Origin: Bacteroidota bacterium
GTDB taxonomy: Bacteria; Bacteroidota; Bacteroidia; Chitinophagales; UBA8649
Assembly (NCBI GenBank): GCA_002862745.1
Contig: PKDX01000002.1
Span: forward strand, 12,707-76,706
Direction: 5' to 3'
DNA: 64,000 nucleotides
Positions 9,682-18,840 of the stretch are shown piece after piece. How positions within the stretch are numbered: position 1 is the first letter of the stretch; each line of letters begins with the position of its first letter. Made by a program: the position numbers and the translations under genes. Under the pieces are notes generated by a model that saw only the letters and a list, made by a program, of their open reading frames with translations, ran no database searches and had not been told where the DNA came from.

Positions 9682-11730
9682 ATGTTTAGTGCAAAACGTA
9701 TATTTTTTCTTACTGTAAGCATTGCGCTTGTCGTAACTAGCTGTAAGACTCGAAAAATGATTAAAACCGGTGACCGTCTTTTTGAGGAAGGCAGTTACTA
9801 CAATGCCACGGAATACTACATTCCTGCTACAGAAAAGAAGCCAAACAATACAAGGCTCACATATCAAATCGGTGCGGCAAATATGGCCATGAGAGATTAT
9901 TCTACGATGGCAGAGTATTTTGGTCAAACGACTACTGCCAATGAAAAAGCCTGGCCTGATGCACGCTACTATTATGCAGAGGCACTTCAAATGCAAGGGG
10001 AATATGATTCAGCAGCTTATCACTTCAACCAATTCTTAATCAACACGAAAGAGACTTCTGATGATGGAATTCGTGTATTACGAGAGAGAGCTCAGTTGAA
10101 TCTTGATGGTATTTCCTTAATGGATAGCTTGTCTTCCATGGAGTTAGCTTCTGTCTCCTCACTAGGTGAAGGCGTGAACTCTAACTTCCAAGACTTAGCT
10201 CCAAAGGTTATCGATGAAAACACAATGCTTGTTGGATCGATGGTCAATGATAGTGTGATCAATTACGACTATGAAATTTCTGAAAGCAATGATTACTACG
10301 CTGAGCTCTTTATCGCACGGAAGTCTGGTGATTCATGGACGAAGGAAAGACTTGATGATGACATTAATGAGATGGGTGCGCACGTTGGAAATGGAGTAAT
10401 TTCCGAAGACGGCCAAACATTATATTACACAAGATGTACAGAAATCAATGGTGTTGCTGCTATGCAATGTCGCCTGTTCAAATCGAGCAAAGTTGGAAAC
10501 GATTGGGGCGAGGCCCAAGAAATCATTGAGATTAACGGGGAGGACTTTACTACAACTCAACCTAGTCTAGGGTATGACGGCGACAATAATGAGGTATTAT
10601 ACTTTGTGTCCGATAGAGACGGAGGTCAAGGTGGACTTGATGTTTGGTATACTTCCATGCAGGAAGATGGAACCTTTTCAAACCCTACAAACCTTAAAGA
10701 GGTCAATACCAAGTTTGATGAATTTAGTCCATACTACGACAACCAAAATCAGAGACTATACTTCAGTTCTCTTGGATACCCAGGGATGGGCGGTTTCGAT
10801 GTTTACTTCGTCGACGGAAATTTAGAGAATTGGACAAGCGATGTAACCAATGCAGGAGCGCCAATTAACAGCCCTACAGATGACATCTACTTTGCCTTAG
10901 ATGATCGTGGACGAAAAGGCTACATGGTTTCCAACCGGGTGGGCACTACTTCTTCTAGAGGAGAAACTTGTTGTGATGATGTATTTGAAGTTGAAATGAA
11001 CTCTGGAATTTTCTTGAGTGGATACTTCGCATCACGTAATGATGCTAGTCAAACACCTATTAATGGGGTTTCAGCAAGTACATACATGGATATCAATGGA
11101 AGCATGGAGATGATTGGCGATGATGTAACAGAAGGAGGCAATTCGCTTGTCTATGAAGTTGGTGCAAGCAATATCAAGGTTGTAGGAGATGCGGAAGGAT
11201 ATTACCAAAGTGTAACCGAAATAGAAGCTTCAGCTTTCGAGCAGGTGGACGATACCTTGTTTATGGTTTACCTCATGGATCCAATTATCCGAGAAACGAT
11301 AACGGTTAAGCCGGTTTATTTCGCATTCGATCAATCAGACATCACGGAGCTTTACCAAGTCGAACTTGATTCTCTATATAGTGTACTTGTTAAGCACCCG
11401 GATTGGATTTTGCAGATTGCAGGACATACGGATAGCCGTGGTACTAATGAATATAATGATGCCCTTGGAAAGCGACGAGCGAATGCCGCAAAAGATTACT
11501 TAATGGCATTAGGGATGGCGGATAGTGTTGATCTAGCTGATCGCATAATGACAATAAGTAAAGGGGAATCTGATCCAATTGCTGACAACGAAAGTGCAGC
11601 CGGTGAAGATAATCCTTTAGGTCGTGCGAAAAACCGTCGTGTAACCTTCAGACTACTCAATGATGTAAACTCAGAAGAGGATGGCATTGAGATCAAGTAT
11701 GAAGATGCTGATCCACAAGGAACATTCTAA
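9682..11730 (+). CDS. PorE-like lipoprotein (TPR, beta-propeller/PD40, OmpA-C peptidoglycan-binding domain)
   Basis: Lipobox VVTSC; TPR; FVSDRDGGQGGLDVW and FSSLGYPGMGGFDVY PD40 repeats; IAGHTDSRG...NRRV OmpA domain; directly follows the porP-like gene. Confidence 0.88.
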   Translation: MFSAKRIFFLTVSIALVVTSCKTRKMIKTGDRLFEEGSYYNATEYYIPATEKKPNNTRLTYQIGAANMAMRDYSTMAEYFGQTTTANEKAWPDARYYYAEALQMQGEYDSAAYHFNQFLINTKETSDDGIRVLRERAQLNLDGISLMDSLSSMELASVSSLGEGVNSNFQDLAPKVIDENTMLVGSMVNDSVINYDYEISESNDYYAELFIARKSGDSWTKERLDDDINEMGAHVGNGVISEDGQTLYYTRCTEINGVAAMQCRLFKSSKVGNDWGEAQEIIEINGEDFTTTQPSLGYDGDNNEVLYFVSDRDGGQGGLDVWYTSMQEDGTFSNPTNLKEVNTKFDEFSPYYDNQNQRLYFSSLGYPGMGGFDVYFVDGNLENWTSDVTNAGAPINSPTDDIYFALDDRGRKGYMVSNRVGTTSSRGETCCDDVFEVEMNSGIFLSGYFASRNDASQTPINGVSASTYMDINGSMEMIGDDVTEGGNSLVYEVGASNIKVVGDAEGYYQSVTEIEASAFEQVDDTLFMVYLMDPIIRETITVKPVYFAFDQSDITELYQVELDSLYSVLVKHPDWILQIAGHTDSRGTNEYNDALGKRRANAAKDYLMALGMADSVDLADRIMTISKGESDPIADNESAAGEDNPLGRAKNRRVTFRLLNDVNSEEDGIEIKYEDADPQGTF

Positions 11731-11755
11731 AGAAGAATGACAAACAAATAGTAAG

Positions 11756-11784
11756 AAAGGCGGACTTTGGTCCGCCTTTTGTTT
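11756..11784 (+). terminator. Intrinsic terminator
   Basis: AAAGGCGGAC-TTTG-GTCCGCCTTT followed by TGTTT. Confidence 0.88.
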
Positions 11785-11794
11785 ATACCACACT

Positions 11795-12880
11795 ATGGCT
11801 AACCGAAAGACGCTCTATCTCGTTCTATTTCTCTCTACCCTATTCATCAAGGGATTCGGTCAATTTCTCTATCCATTTAATGACAATTTCAACCGTTTCT
11901 ATGTTTTTGATGAAGGGGTCTTTGAGCAGCTCGAGTTTCAACCTGTAGATGAATTTTTTGTGGGGAATGCCTACCTCGCCTACTTTGACCCAAGAGGTAG
12001 ATTTCAGTTGTATTTCGGTGGCGAAAAACATGAGTTATCTCTGAATAGGCCCAGTGTGTATTCTACTGATCATTTTTTAGCCTATCAATTTGGAAGTCAA
12101 ATCTTTCTACTAGAGGGAAATAAATTACATCAAATAGAAAGTTGGGCACTTCAAGAAGATCTATGGGTATCTGATTCTATTGTAGCCTACAACGATGTCT
12201 ACAACCGTTTTAATGTATACCAAGCTGACAGCGCTCAAACCTTAGAGAGTTGGAATATCTACACGGCTAGCATTAGCAATAATAGTTTGGCCTATCTTGA
12301 TGTAAACAAACAACTGAAATTGTTCAGCAGAGGTCGACAATACATCGTCTGGCCAACCCAAGTCACTGCATTTACTGCTGGCCAAAACCTTGTAGCCTTT
12401 CAAACAGGCATTGGCGATCTCCAGGTTTGGTATGAAGATGAACTTTATACGTTGACTTACAATACCAATGGAGGCTTTGATGTAAGCGATGAATTAGTAA
12501 CCTTTTACGATGATTTGGGGGGCTTTAATGTCTTTTACCAAGGAGAAACGTATCCCCTTCTACCCTACAGACCCTTATTCTCTGAACTCAAAGAAAACCA
12601 GCTTGTTTGGTCTGATCGCAATAGCTTTTTCTTTACCTTTTACCAAGGGGAAGTCGTTCGATTAGAATCCTATACTCCCGATAAAGTAACCATTGATAAT
12701 GACCTATTAGTCTATCAGGATATTAATGGCCGATTGAAAGGCTTTTCCAATGGAGAGAAGTTCTCCATTTCTAGCCGTATTGCCACAGGTTTTGATCAAA
12801 TAAATCAAGCGGTCTTATATCGTGAAAATCGATTTCGGTGGCATATTAATATCCAAGGAGAAGATTATACCTTTGAATAA
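11795..12880 (+). CDS. Secreted hypothetical protein built from about ten ~35-aa beta-rich repeats
   Basis: Signal peptide, then repeating units such as VSDSIVAYNDVYNRFNVYQ, ISNNSLAYLDVNKQLKLFS, VSDELVTFYDDLGGFNVFYQGE. Confidence 0.75.
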   Translation: MANRKTLYLVLFLSTLFIKGFGQFLYPFNDNFNRFYVFDEGVFEQLEFQPVDEFFVGNAYLAYFDPRGRFQLYFGGEKHELSLNRPSVYSTDHFLAYQFGSQIFLLEGNKLHQIESWALQEDLWVSDSIVAYNDVYNRFNVYQADSAQTLESWNIYTASISNNSLAYLDVNKQLKLFSRGRQYIVWPTQVTAFTAGQNLVAFQTGIGDLQVWYEDELYTLTYNTNGGFDVSDELVTFYDDLGGFNVFYQGETYPLLPYRPLFSELKENQLVWSDRNSFFFTFYQGEVVRLESYTPDKVTIDNDLLVYQDINGRLKGFSNGEKFSISSRIATGFDQINQAVLYRENRFRWHINIQGEDYTFE

Positions 12881-13968
12881 TGATTACGAAGGAGCAGTTA
12901 CTTGAGGCGTTGCGAAAGGTGGAAGACCCTGATTTAAAGAAAAGTCTTGTCGAACTCGACATGATTAAAAATATTCAGCTGGAAGGATCCAACGTGCGTT
13001 TCGAGGTTGAATTAACCACCCCAGCCTGCCCCCTTAAAGAAAAAATCAAACAGGATTGCCTTCTAGCTATCCAAGAGTTGGATAGTAGCCTTAATGTCGA
13101 GATAACCATGACAGCTAATGTCCAATCAGGTCGAATTGGCGTAGACACCCTGCCCAATGTAAAAAACGTCATTGCCGTTGCCTCTGGAAAAGGTGGCGTA
13201 GGGAAATCGACTGTAAGTACGGAGTTGGCAAGAGCCCTAGCTAGGACTGGAGCTAAAGTAGGTTTACTCGATGCTGATATCCATGGACCATCTCTGCCCA
13301 CTATGCTGGGATTAGATAACGCCTTCCCCGAATCGCGAGAAATCAAAGGAAAGAACTATATCATTCCTGTAGAGGTGGACAACCTCAAAGTGTTGTCAAT
13401 CGGTATGCTCGTCGACGAACGACAAGCCATCGTTTGGAGAGGACCCATGGTATCCTCGGCGCTTAGACAATTTATACAAGATGTTTTATGGGGTAAACTT
13501 GATTACCTCATTATTGATCTTCCGCCGGGCACAGGAGATGTCCAGCTCAGCCTTCTACAACACACAAAAGTTAATGGAGTAGTTCTCGTTACAACCCCAC
13601 AACGTGTGGCATTAGCTGATGCGAGAAAAGCTATCGGTATGTTCCAAATGGAAAAAATTAATGTGCCCATTTTAGGCGTCGTTGAAAACATGGCATGGTT
13701 TAGTCCACCAGATCAACCTGAGGAGCGATATTTTCTTTTCGGAGAACAAGGAGGAATACATCTAGCCAAAGAATATGATCTACCTTTTTTAGGACACCTA
13801 CCCTTCACGATGCCTATGCGTGAACGCGGAGACGGTCTAGATTCTTCCCTCACCGAAGAACAATTAAGTTATATCGACAAAATTGCGGGAGCTAGTGCAC
13901 AAATGTTAGCCTTGAGAAATGCTCAAGTAGAGAAGAAACCATCAAACACTTTACCCCCAATAGGATGA
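12880..13968 (+). CDS. apbC: Mrp/NBP35 family Fe-S carrier ATPase
   Basis: N-terminal FeS_assembly_P domain (VEDPDL..., LTTPACP), GKGGVGKST, DADIHGPS, DLPPGTGD, GVVENM. Confidence 0.93.
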   Translation: MITKEQLLEALRKVEDPDLKKSLVELDMIKNIQLEGSNVRFEVELTTPACPLKEKIKQDCLLAIQELDSSLNVEITMTANVQSGRIGVDTLPNVKNVIAVASGKGGVGKSTVSTELARALARTGAKVGLLDADIHGPSLPTMLGLDNAFPESREIKGKNYIIPVEVDNLKVLSIGMLVDERQAIVWRGPMVSSALRQFIQDVLWGKLDYLIIDLPPGTGDVQLSLLQHTKVNGVVLVTTPQRVALADARKAIGMFQMEKINVPILGVVENMAWFSPPDQPEERYFLFGEQGGIHLAKEYDLPFLGHLPFTMPMRERGDGLDSSLTEEQLSYIDKIAGASAQMLALRNAQVEKKPSNTLPPIG

Positions 13969-14204
13969 GTGAACTACCAACATTAGAAATGATCAATTCC
14001 GCCTTGGATAAACTGAGGCCCTATCTCGAGCGTGACGGAGGTGATGTTGAAGTCGTGCGAATAACCGAAGAAGGGACAGTTGAGGTCAAAATGCTTGGCG
14101 CATGCATGACCTGCCCACAGAGTACCATGACGATGAAAGTAGGTATCGAAAAAACATTGAAAGATACCTTTCCATCAATCCAATCAGTGATTGCAGTACA
14201 ATGA
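13965..14204 (+). CDS. NifU-like (NfuA C-terminal type) Fe-S scaffold/carrier
   Basis: LRPYLERDGGDVE, LGACMTCPQSTMT. Confidence 0.92.
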   Translation: MSELPTLEMINSALDKLRPYLERDGGDVEVVRITEEGTVEVKMLGACMTCPQSTMTMKVGIEKTLKDTFPSIQSVIAVQ

Positions 14205-15022
14205 ATAGAAAAGCTTTAGAAGAACAAATACTTAAAAAACAATCCCTGCTTTGTGTGGGTATTGATCCGGTTCAAGAACGCATGCCCGCGCGCTACCAAG
14301 ATTGCTCCACAGATTCCCTTATTGCCTTTAGCAAAACGATCATTGAGACAGTATCTCCCTTTGCTGTAGCCATCAAACCGAACATCGCCTATTTTGAAGC
14401 CTTTGGAAGTTCAGGGTGGGATGCCTTGCCAAGGATAGCCGAGATGATCAAAGACCACAATTTACTCAGTATCGCGGATGCTAAACGCGGTGATATTGGC
14501 AACTCAAGTAAGCAATATGCTAAGGCTTTTTTTGAAACCATGGATTTTGATGCCATCACCTTAAGTCCGTTAATGGGTTATGACTCGATCGCTCCATTTT
14601 TATACTACAAGGACAAATGGTCGATACTCTTAACTATGACAAGTAATCCTGGAAGTAAAGACTTTTTAGAGCAAGAATTGGTGCAAGGCCAATCACTAGG
14701 ACACCATATACTTTCTTCCTCCCAACAATGGCCAGATGCCGAGAAACTTATGTATGTCGTAGGAGCTACAAAGCCTGACGAGCTAAAAGCGCTGCGGGAA
14801 AAAGCCCCTGAGGCTATCTTTCTCGTCCCAGGTGTTGGTGCCCAAGGGGGAAGCGTGGCTGAGGTAATTCAATCGGCGGGAACGGCTAGAGGAGGATTAT
14901 TGATCAATTCAACACGAAGCATTATCTACAGTGATTTAGATGCTGACTTTCAAACAAGTGTTCGACTTTCTGCTGAGAAAATGCAACAAGAATGTGCACT
15001 AAATATTACCTTAACAAACTGA
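14201..15022 (+). CDS. pyrF: Orotidine-5'-phosphate decarboxylase
   Basis: LCVGIDP, KPNIAYFE, ADAKRGDIGNS, VVGAT, LVPGVGAQGG, INSTRSII; ATG at 14201 overlaps the nifU stop (ATGA). Confidence 0.94.
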   Translation: MNRKALEEQILKKQSLLCVGIDPVQERMPARYQDCSTDSLIAFSKTIIETVSPFAVAIKPNIAYFEAFGSSGWDALPRIAEMIKDHNLLSIADAKRGDIGNSSKQYAKAFFETMDFDAITLSPLMGYDSIAPFLYYKDKWSILLTMTSNPGSKDFLEQELVQGQSLGHHILSSSQQWPDAEKLMYVVGATKPDELKALREKAPEAIFLVPGVGAQGGSVAEVIQSAGTARGGLLINSTRSIIYSDLDADFQTSVRLSAEKMQQECALNITLTN

Positions 15023-15032
15023 ACAGATACTT

Positions 15033-15773
15033 ATGAAAAGATTTATCCTTTTTTTGATGATTGTAAGTACAGCTAATGTGACATTAGGCCAACGCAATAA
15101 ACGCGGAGGCCAAAACGAAGAACGCCCATCGCGCTCTGCTATGCACATTGCCGCCTATGAACACGCCTTACAACTTAATGACTTCGTTACAGCAATTTCA
15201 TGCCTGAATTATGTCGTGAGTATTGATGGTAAGGAAAGTCCGTACCGTGATACGCTATTAATGCTTTACAGTACCAATGGCAACCTCCTGCAGTCGTATA
15301 ATCTAGCTATGCAGTTACGAGAGGATGGACGAGATACGAGAATGGTAAAAGAAGTGCTTGCGGAAGTATATAACCAAAGCAACCAACCCAAAGAAGCTAT
15401 TGAAGAGTTGGAAATGCTTAATGCCGAATTCCCTAGTCTTGGCTACCTGTGGCAAATTGCTAATTTACAATACCAACTACAGCGGAATTCTGAATGCTTG
15501 GAGTCCCTAACGGCCATCATAAACGATAGCGCGTCAAGCGGTATTGCTGTACCTCAAGTTATCGGAGAAAATCAACAACAGCGCACATCCCTTCTTGCTG
15601 CAAGCCTAAATATGGTTGGGCTGATGCTAGCAAAGCAAGAGGACTACGCGAATGCCATCAAACTTTTTGAATCAGCAAGCCAAGCAGACCCAGAATTTAT
15701 CCTTCCAAAGCAAAACTATGCTGCAGTAACTGAGCTTATGCAAGAAGAAGCGGCAGAAGAAGTTGAAGAATAA
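15033..15773 (+). CDS. Secreted TPR protein
   Basis: Signal peptide; helical TPR-like units (LAEVYNQSNQPKEAIEEL, LNMVGLMLAKQEDYANAIKLF). Confidence 0.75.
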   Translation: MKRFILFLMIVSTANVTLGQRNKRGGQNEERPSRSAMHIAAYEHALQLNDFVTAISCLNYVVSIDGKESPYRDTLLMLYSTNGNLLQSYNLAMQLREDGRDTRMVKEVLAEVYNQSNQPKEAIEELEMLNAEFPSLGYLWQIANLQYQLQRNSECLESLTAIINDSASSGIAVPQVIGENQQQRTSLLAASLNMVGLMLAKQEDYANAIKLFESASQADPEFILPKQNYAAVTELMQEEAAEEVEE

Positions 15774-15796
15774 GATTAAAGAAAACGAATTACTCT

Positions 15797-16015
15797 ATGC
15801 AGCCATTTCGAGAATGGGTTGATCAAGCAACTTTCGGTGTGTGTAGTGCCCTAGCAAGACCGTTAGGCATTCCTAGCCGTACCGTAAGGCTGTATTTTGT
15901 TTATATATCTTTTTTTACGCTCGGAAGCCCCATAATACTCTACTTTATCCTTGGTTTTTGGTTTGAAATCCGAAGCTACTTTCGAAAAAAGAGACCCTCT
16001 GTATGGGATTTATAA
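15797..16015 (+). CDS. PspC-family small membrane protein
   Basis: FGVCSALARPLGIPSRTVRLYFVYISF..GSPIILYFIL. Confidence 0.85.
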   Translation: MQPFREWVDQATFGVCSALARPLGIPSRTVRLYFVYISFFTLGSPIILYFILGFWFEIRSYFRKKRPSVWDL

Positions 16016-16779
16016 AGTATGCCACTCTAATACTCTCCTTGAGTCCATGGTTCATTCAAGGTCAGTCAATACCCTACCCTCAGGATTCTACTGCATTAAT
16101 CTATGTTATTCAAGGCCATGCCCGAGCAAGCGCAGCCTATTTTGAATCAGGCTTACCAATAAAAGCTCAAAAGATTGAAGCAGAAAGAGCCATTGAGCGA
16201 CAACATGTAGTGTACACCCTGACTTCGGATTTCTTCGATGTCTTGCCCGTCTATTTTATCCATCAAGAGGATCTTGAACTCCTTCAAAAGGGTATTCGAA
16301 AGGGCCTTTTCCTAGATGCTTCATTAGAGCCACAAAATGATTTGATCTGCCAAGAAAAATATATACTCTTAGCTGAGATTGGACCGGTCTATGGAAGCCA
16401 ACTAGCTGATCCATACCATGATGGTAAGACGAGTACAACGACCCAAACACCCCAAATTCAAGAAGCTTTTGTCTTAAAAGATATTGAAGGAAATCAGCTT
16501 CATAATCTCATGCCTGGCTTTGCAGCGATTCGAAGTATCAGCAAAAAGAGGCTACAAGACTGGTCTTTGTTTTATGAGGAAGGTGGCTATAAGGTAGACT
16601 CCCTAATATTTCAATATCCATCAAATCACCTCCTTTTTGCAAGGCCCGATAAAATTGAACAAGCTGATTTAGCTATTGAACGCATGCGCCAAGGAAAGCT
16701 CAACGAGTGCCACCCCATTACCAAGGCCATCATACGTCTCAATGCAAGTCTTGCTCGCTACTACAATCCAAAAGATTAA
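16003..16779 (+). CDS. Secreted hypothetical protein
   Basis: 258-aa ORF with a signal peptide, tightly overlapping pspC and lipB; no motif recognised. Confidence 0.65.
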   Translation: MGFIKYATLILSLSPWFIQGQSIPYPQDSTALIYVIQGHARASAAYFESGLPIKAQKIEAERAIERQHVVYTLTSDFFDVLPVYFIHQEDLELLQKGIRKGLFLDASLEPQNDLICQEKYILLAEIGPVYGSQLADPYHDGKTSTTTQTPQIQEAFVLKDIEGNQLHNLMPGFAAIRSISKKRLQDWSLFYEEGGYKVDSLIFQYPSNHLLFARPDKIEQADLAIERMRQGKLNECHPITKAIIRLNASLARYYNPKD

Positions 16780-17426
16780 TGCGGTCCTATCTAGTCAACG
16801 ATACGCCCCAAAAATATGAAGTTGTACTCCGTCAACAGGAAGAACTTTTCAATGCGCTGATAAAGGCTAAGCAAATTGATGAAGCATCAGAAGAATCCAA
16901 GGATGAATATTGCATCCTCTGCGTACATGATCCAATCTATACCATTGGAAAACGTACAGTAGAAGATAATTTTCTACTCAATACGCAATCCCTTCCCGCA
17001 CCGATTTACAAAACAAATCGTGGAGGTGAGGTTACCTTTCATGGACATGGTCAATGGGTGGGTTATCCAATTTTTGATTTAGAACAACATGGCATAGGCT
17101 TAAAACATCATATTGAGCGCCTTGAAGAGGCTATCATATTTGTGCTCTCGCATTATGGAATCAATAGCCATCGCAGTGATAAGGGAGCTGGAATTTGGGT
17201 TGGTAACGCTAAGATTTGTGCCATCGGGGTTCGAGCGAGTCGCTATGTTACCATGCATGGCTTTGCACTGAACGTGAATACCGATTTATCCTATTACAAT
17301 GCCATTGTCCCATGCGGAATTCGCAATGCCTCCGTCACCTCAATGCAAGAGCAACTAGGCCAAGATATTGACATGCTCGAGGTAAGCCAGTGGATCATTC
17401 ACGCGATGGATAAGTTCTATCCTTAA
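16779..17426 (+). CDS. lipB: Lipoyl(octanoyl) transferase
   Basis: HDPIYTIGK, RGGEVTFHGHGQ, KICAIG, MHGFALNV, IVPCGI; TAATG junction at 16777-16781. Confidence 0.94.
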   Translation: MRSYLVNDTPQKYEVVLRQQEELFNALIKAKQIDEASEESKDEYCILCVHDPIYTIGKRTVEDNFLLNTQSLPAPIYKTNRGGEVTFHGHGQWVGYPIFDLEQHGIGLKHHIERLEEAIIFVLSHYGINSHRSDKGAGIWVGNAKICAIGVRASRYVTMHGFALNVNTDLSYYNAIVPCGIRNASVTSMQEQLGQDIDMLEVSQWIIHAMDKFYP

Positions 17427-17468
17427 CCGAGTGAATGCTTGACGCCTTTAAATACGCGGAAAGAGATG

Positions 17469-17476
17469 TATCTTTG
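17469..17476 (+). promoter_or_regulatory. -7 promoter element TATCTTTG for trhO
   Basis: Exact TAnnTTTG match just upstream of the ATG. Confidence 0.65.
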
Positions 17477-17484
17477 CCCATGGT

Positions 17485-18540
17485 ATGGCAAAGGCACTCC
17501 ATAATACCAAAAATCGAAAAGAGTTAATCGAAGAACGTCTGCGTGAAGGGAAACCTATGTACACGCTCTCTTTTTATGCTTATGCGCATATTGGTAATCC
17601 CCAAGTTTTTCGGGATCACCTCTACAGTGCTTGGAAGCCCCTTGGAGTACTTGGTAGAGTGCATGTCGCTCAGGAGGGAATCAATGCACAAATTGCCTAC
17701 CCTACAGAATCAAAAGAGGCTTGGGAGGCCACGATGAAAAACATCTCTTTTTTAAAAGACATTCGGCATAATTATGCCGTGGAAGAAAAAAACCTTTCCT
17801 TCTACAAACTCACCATCAAGGTCAGAAACAAAATTTTAGCTGACGGTTTGCATGATGACACCTTCGATGTGACCAATAAAGGGAGACATTTAGATGCTCA
17901 AGAATTCAACGAAAAGCTTCAGGATAAGAATACCATTGTCATCGACATGCGCAACCACTACGAGCATGAAGTCGGTCGTTTTGAAAACGCTATAACACCA
18001 GACGTTGACAATTTCAGGGATTCACTTCCTTTCATCGAAGAGACTATCCTACAATCCAATGAGGACAAAGAGGTCCTTTTGTACTGTACAGGAGGCATTC
18101 GCTGTGAAAAGGCTAGCGCGTGGTTTAAGCATAAAGGATACCATAATGTCTACCAATTGGAAGGAGGCATCATCCATTACACCCATGAAGCCAAAACCCT
18201 TGGGCTTGATAATAAATTTAAGGGGAAGAATTTCGTTTTTGATCACCGCTTAGGCGAACGAATTAGCGAAGATATCCTCAGCACTTGCCATCAATGTGGA
18301 TCACCTTGTGATGACCATACCAATTGTGCCAATGTTGGATGTAATTTACTCTTTATCCAATGTCCATCTTGTGCACAGGATTATAACGCTTGTTGCTCTA
18401 ATACGTGTAAAGAAGTCATTACCTGGCCTGAGGAAAAACAATCGCAATGGCGAAGGCAGCGTAAGGAAGCTGAAGCGAAATCTGGGCAACGAAATGTTTT
18501 CCGTAAAGGCAGGTTCCCAGACAATGTAAAGCACGCTTAG
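17485..18540 (+). CDS. trhO: Rhodanese-related tRNA uridine(34) hydroxylase (YceA/UPF0176)
   Basis: GINAQI, DMRNHYE..VGRF, YCTGGIRCEKAS, QLEGGIIHY, FVFDHR, Cys-rich C-terminus. Confidence 0.9.
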   Translation: MAKALHNTKNRKELIEERLREGKPMYTLSFYAYAHIGNPQVFRDHLYSAWKPLGVLGRVHVAQEGINAQIAYPTESKEAWEATMKNISFLKDIRHNYAVEEKNLSFYKLTIKVRNKILADGLHDDTFDVTNKGRHLDAQEFNEKLQDKNTIVIDMRNHYEHEVGRFENAITPDVDNFRDSLPFIEETILQSNEDKEVLLYCTGGIRCEKASAWFKHKGYHNVYQLEGGIIHYTHEAKTLGLDNKFKGKNFVFDHRLGERISEDILSTCHQCGSPCDDHTNCANVGCNLLFIQCPSCAQDYNACCSNTCKEVITWPEEKQSQWRRQRKEAEAKSGQRNVFRKGRFPDNVKHA

Positions 18541-18713
18541 GATTGCTGTTGACTGCGCAAGGCTTCTACCTTTTGCCACAATTCTTCTGCTTCTGCTTGT
18601 TTCGCATCAGAAGCTTTCCGATCAGAGTGACTCAATCTATGGGCTTCTTTGACTAGTTTATCATACTGTTCAATCAATTTTTCTTCTTCCGTTTTTTTTC
18701 TAAACCATCCCAT
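18537..18713 (-). CDS. Lacal_2735-family small protein (58 aa), missing from the ORF track
   Basis: Translated by hand: MGWFRKKTEEEKLIEQYDKLVKEAHRLSHSDRKASDAKQAEAEELWQKVEALRSQQQS*; matches the family pattern F.KK.E.EKL...Y..L..EA..LS..DRK.SD.K.AEAE. Confidence 0.8.
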   Translation of the reverse strand: MGWFRKKTEEEKLIEQYDKLVKEAHRLSHSDRKASDAKQAEAEELWQKVEALRSQQQS

Positions 18714-18840
18714 AAATGCATTTGAGAAAGTAACCTTCTTGAGTCGAAAATTGTTTTTGCCGATGTTTGTTATTTGTGACTAAGCCAAGAGCTTCTCTCA
18801 CAAAATCAGTTATCTTTAGAAGGAACCAAAGTAATAATCC

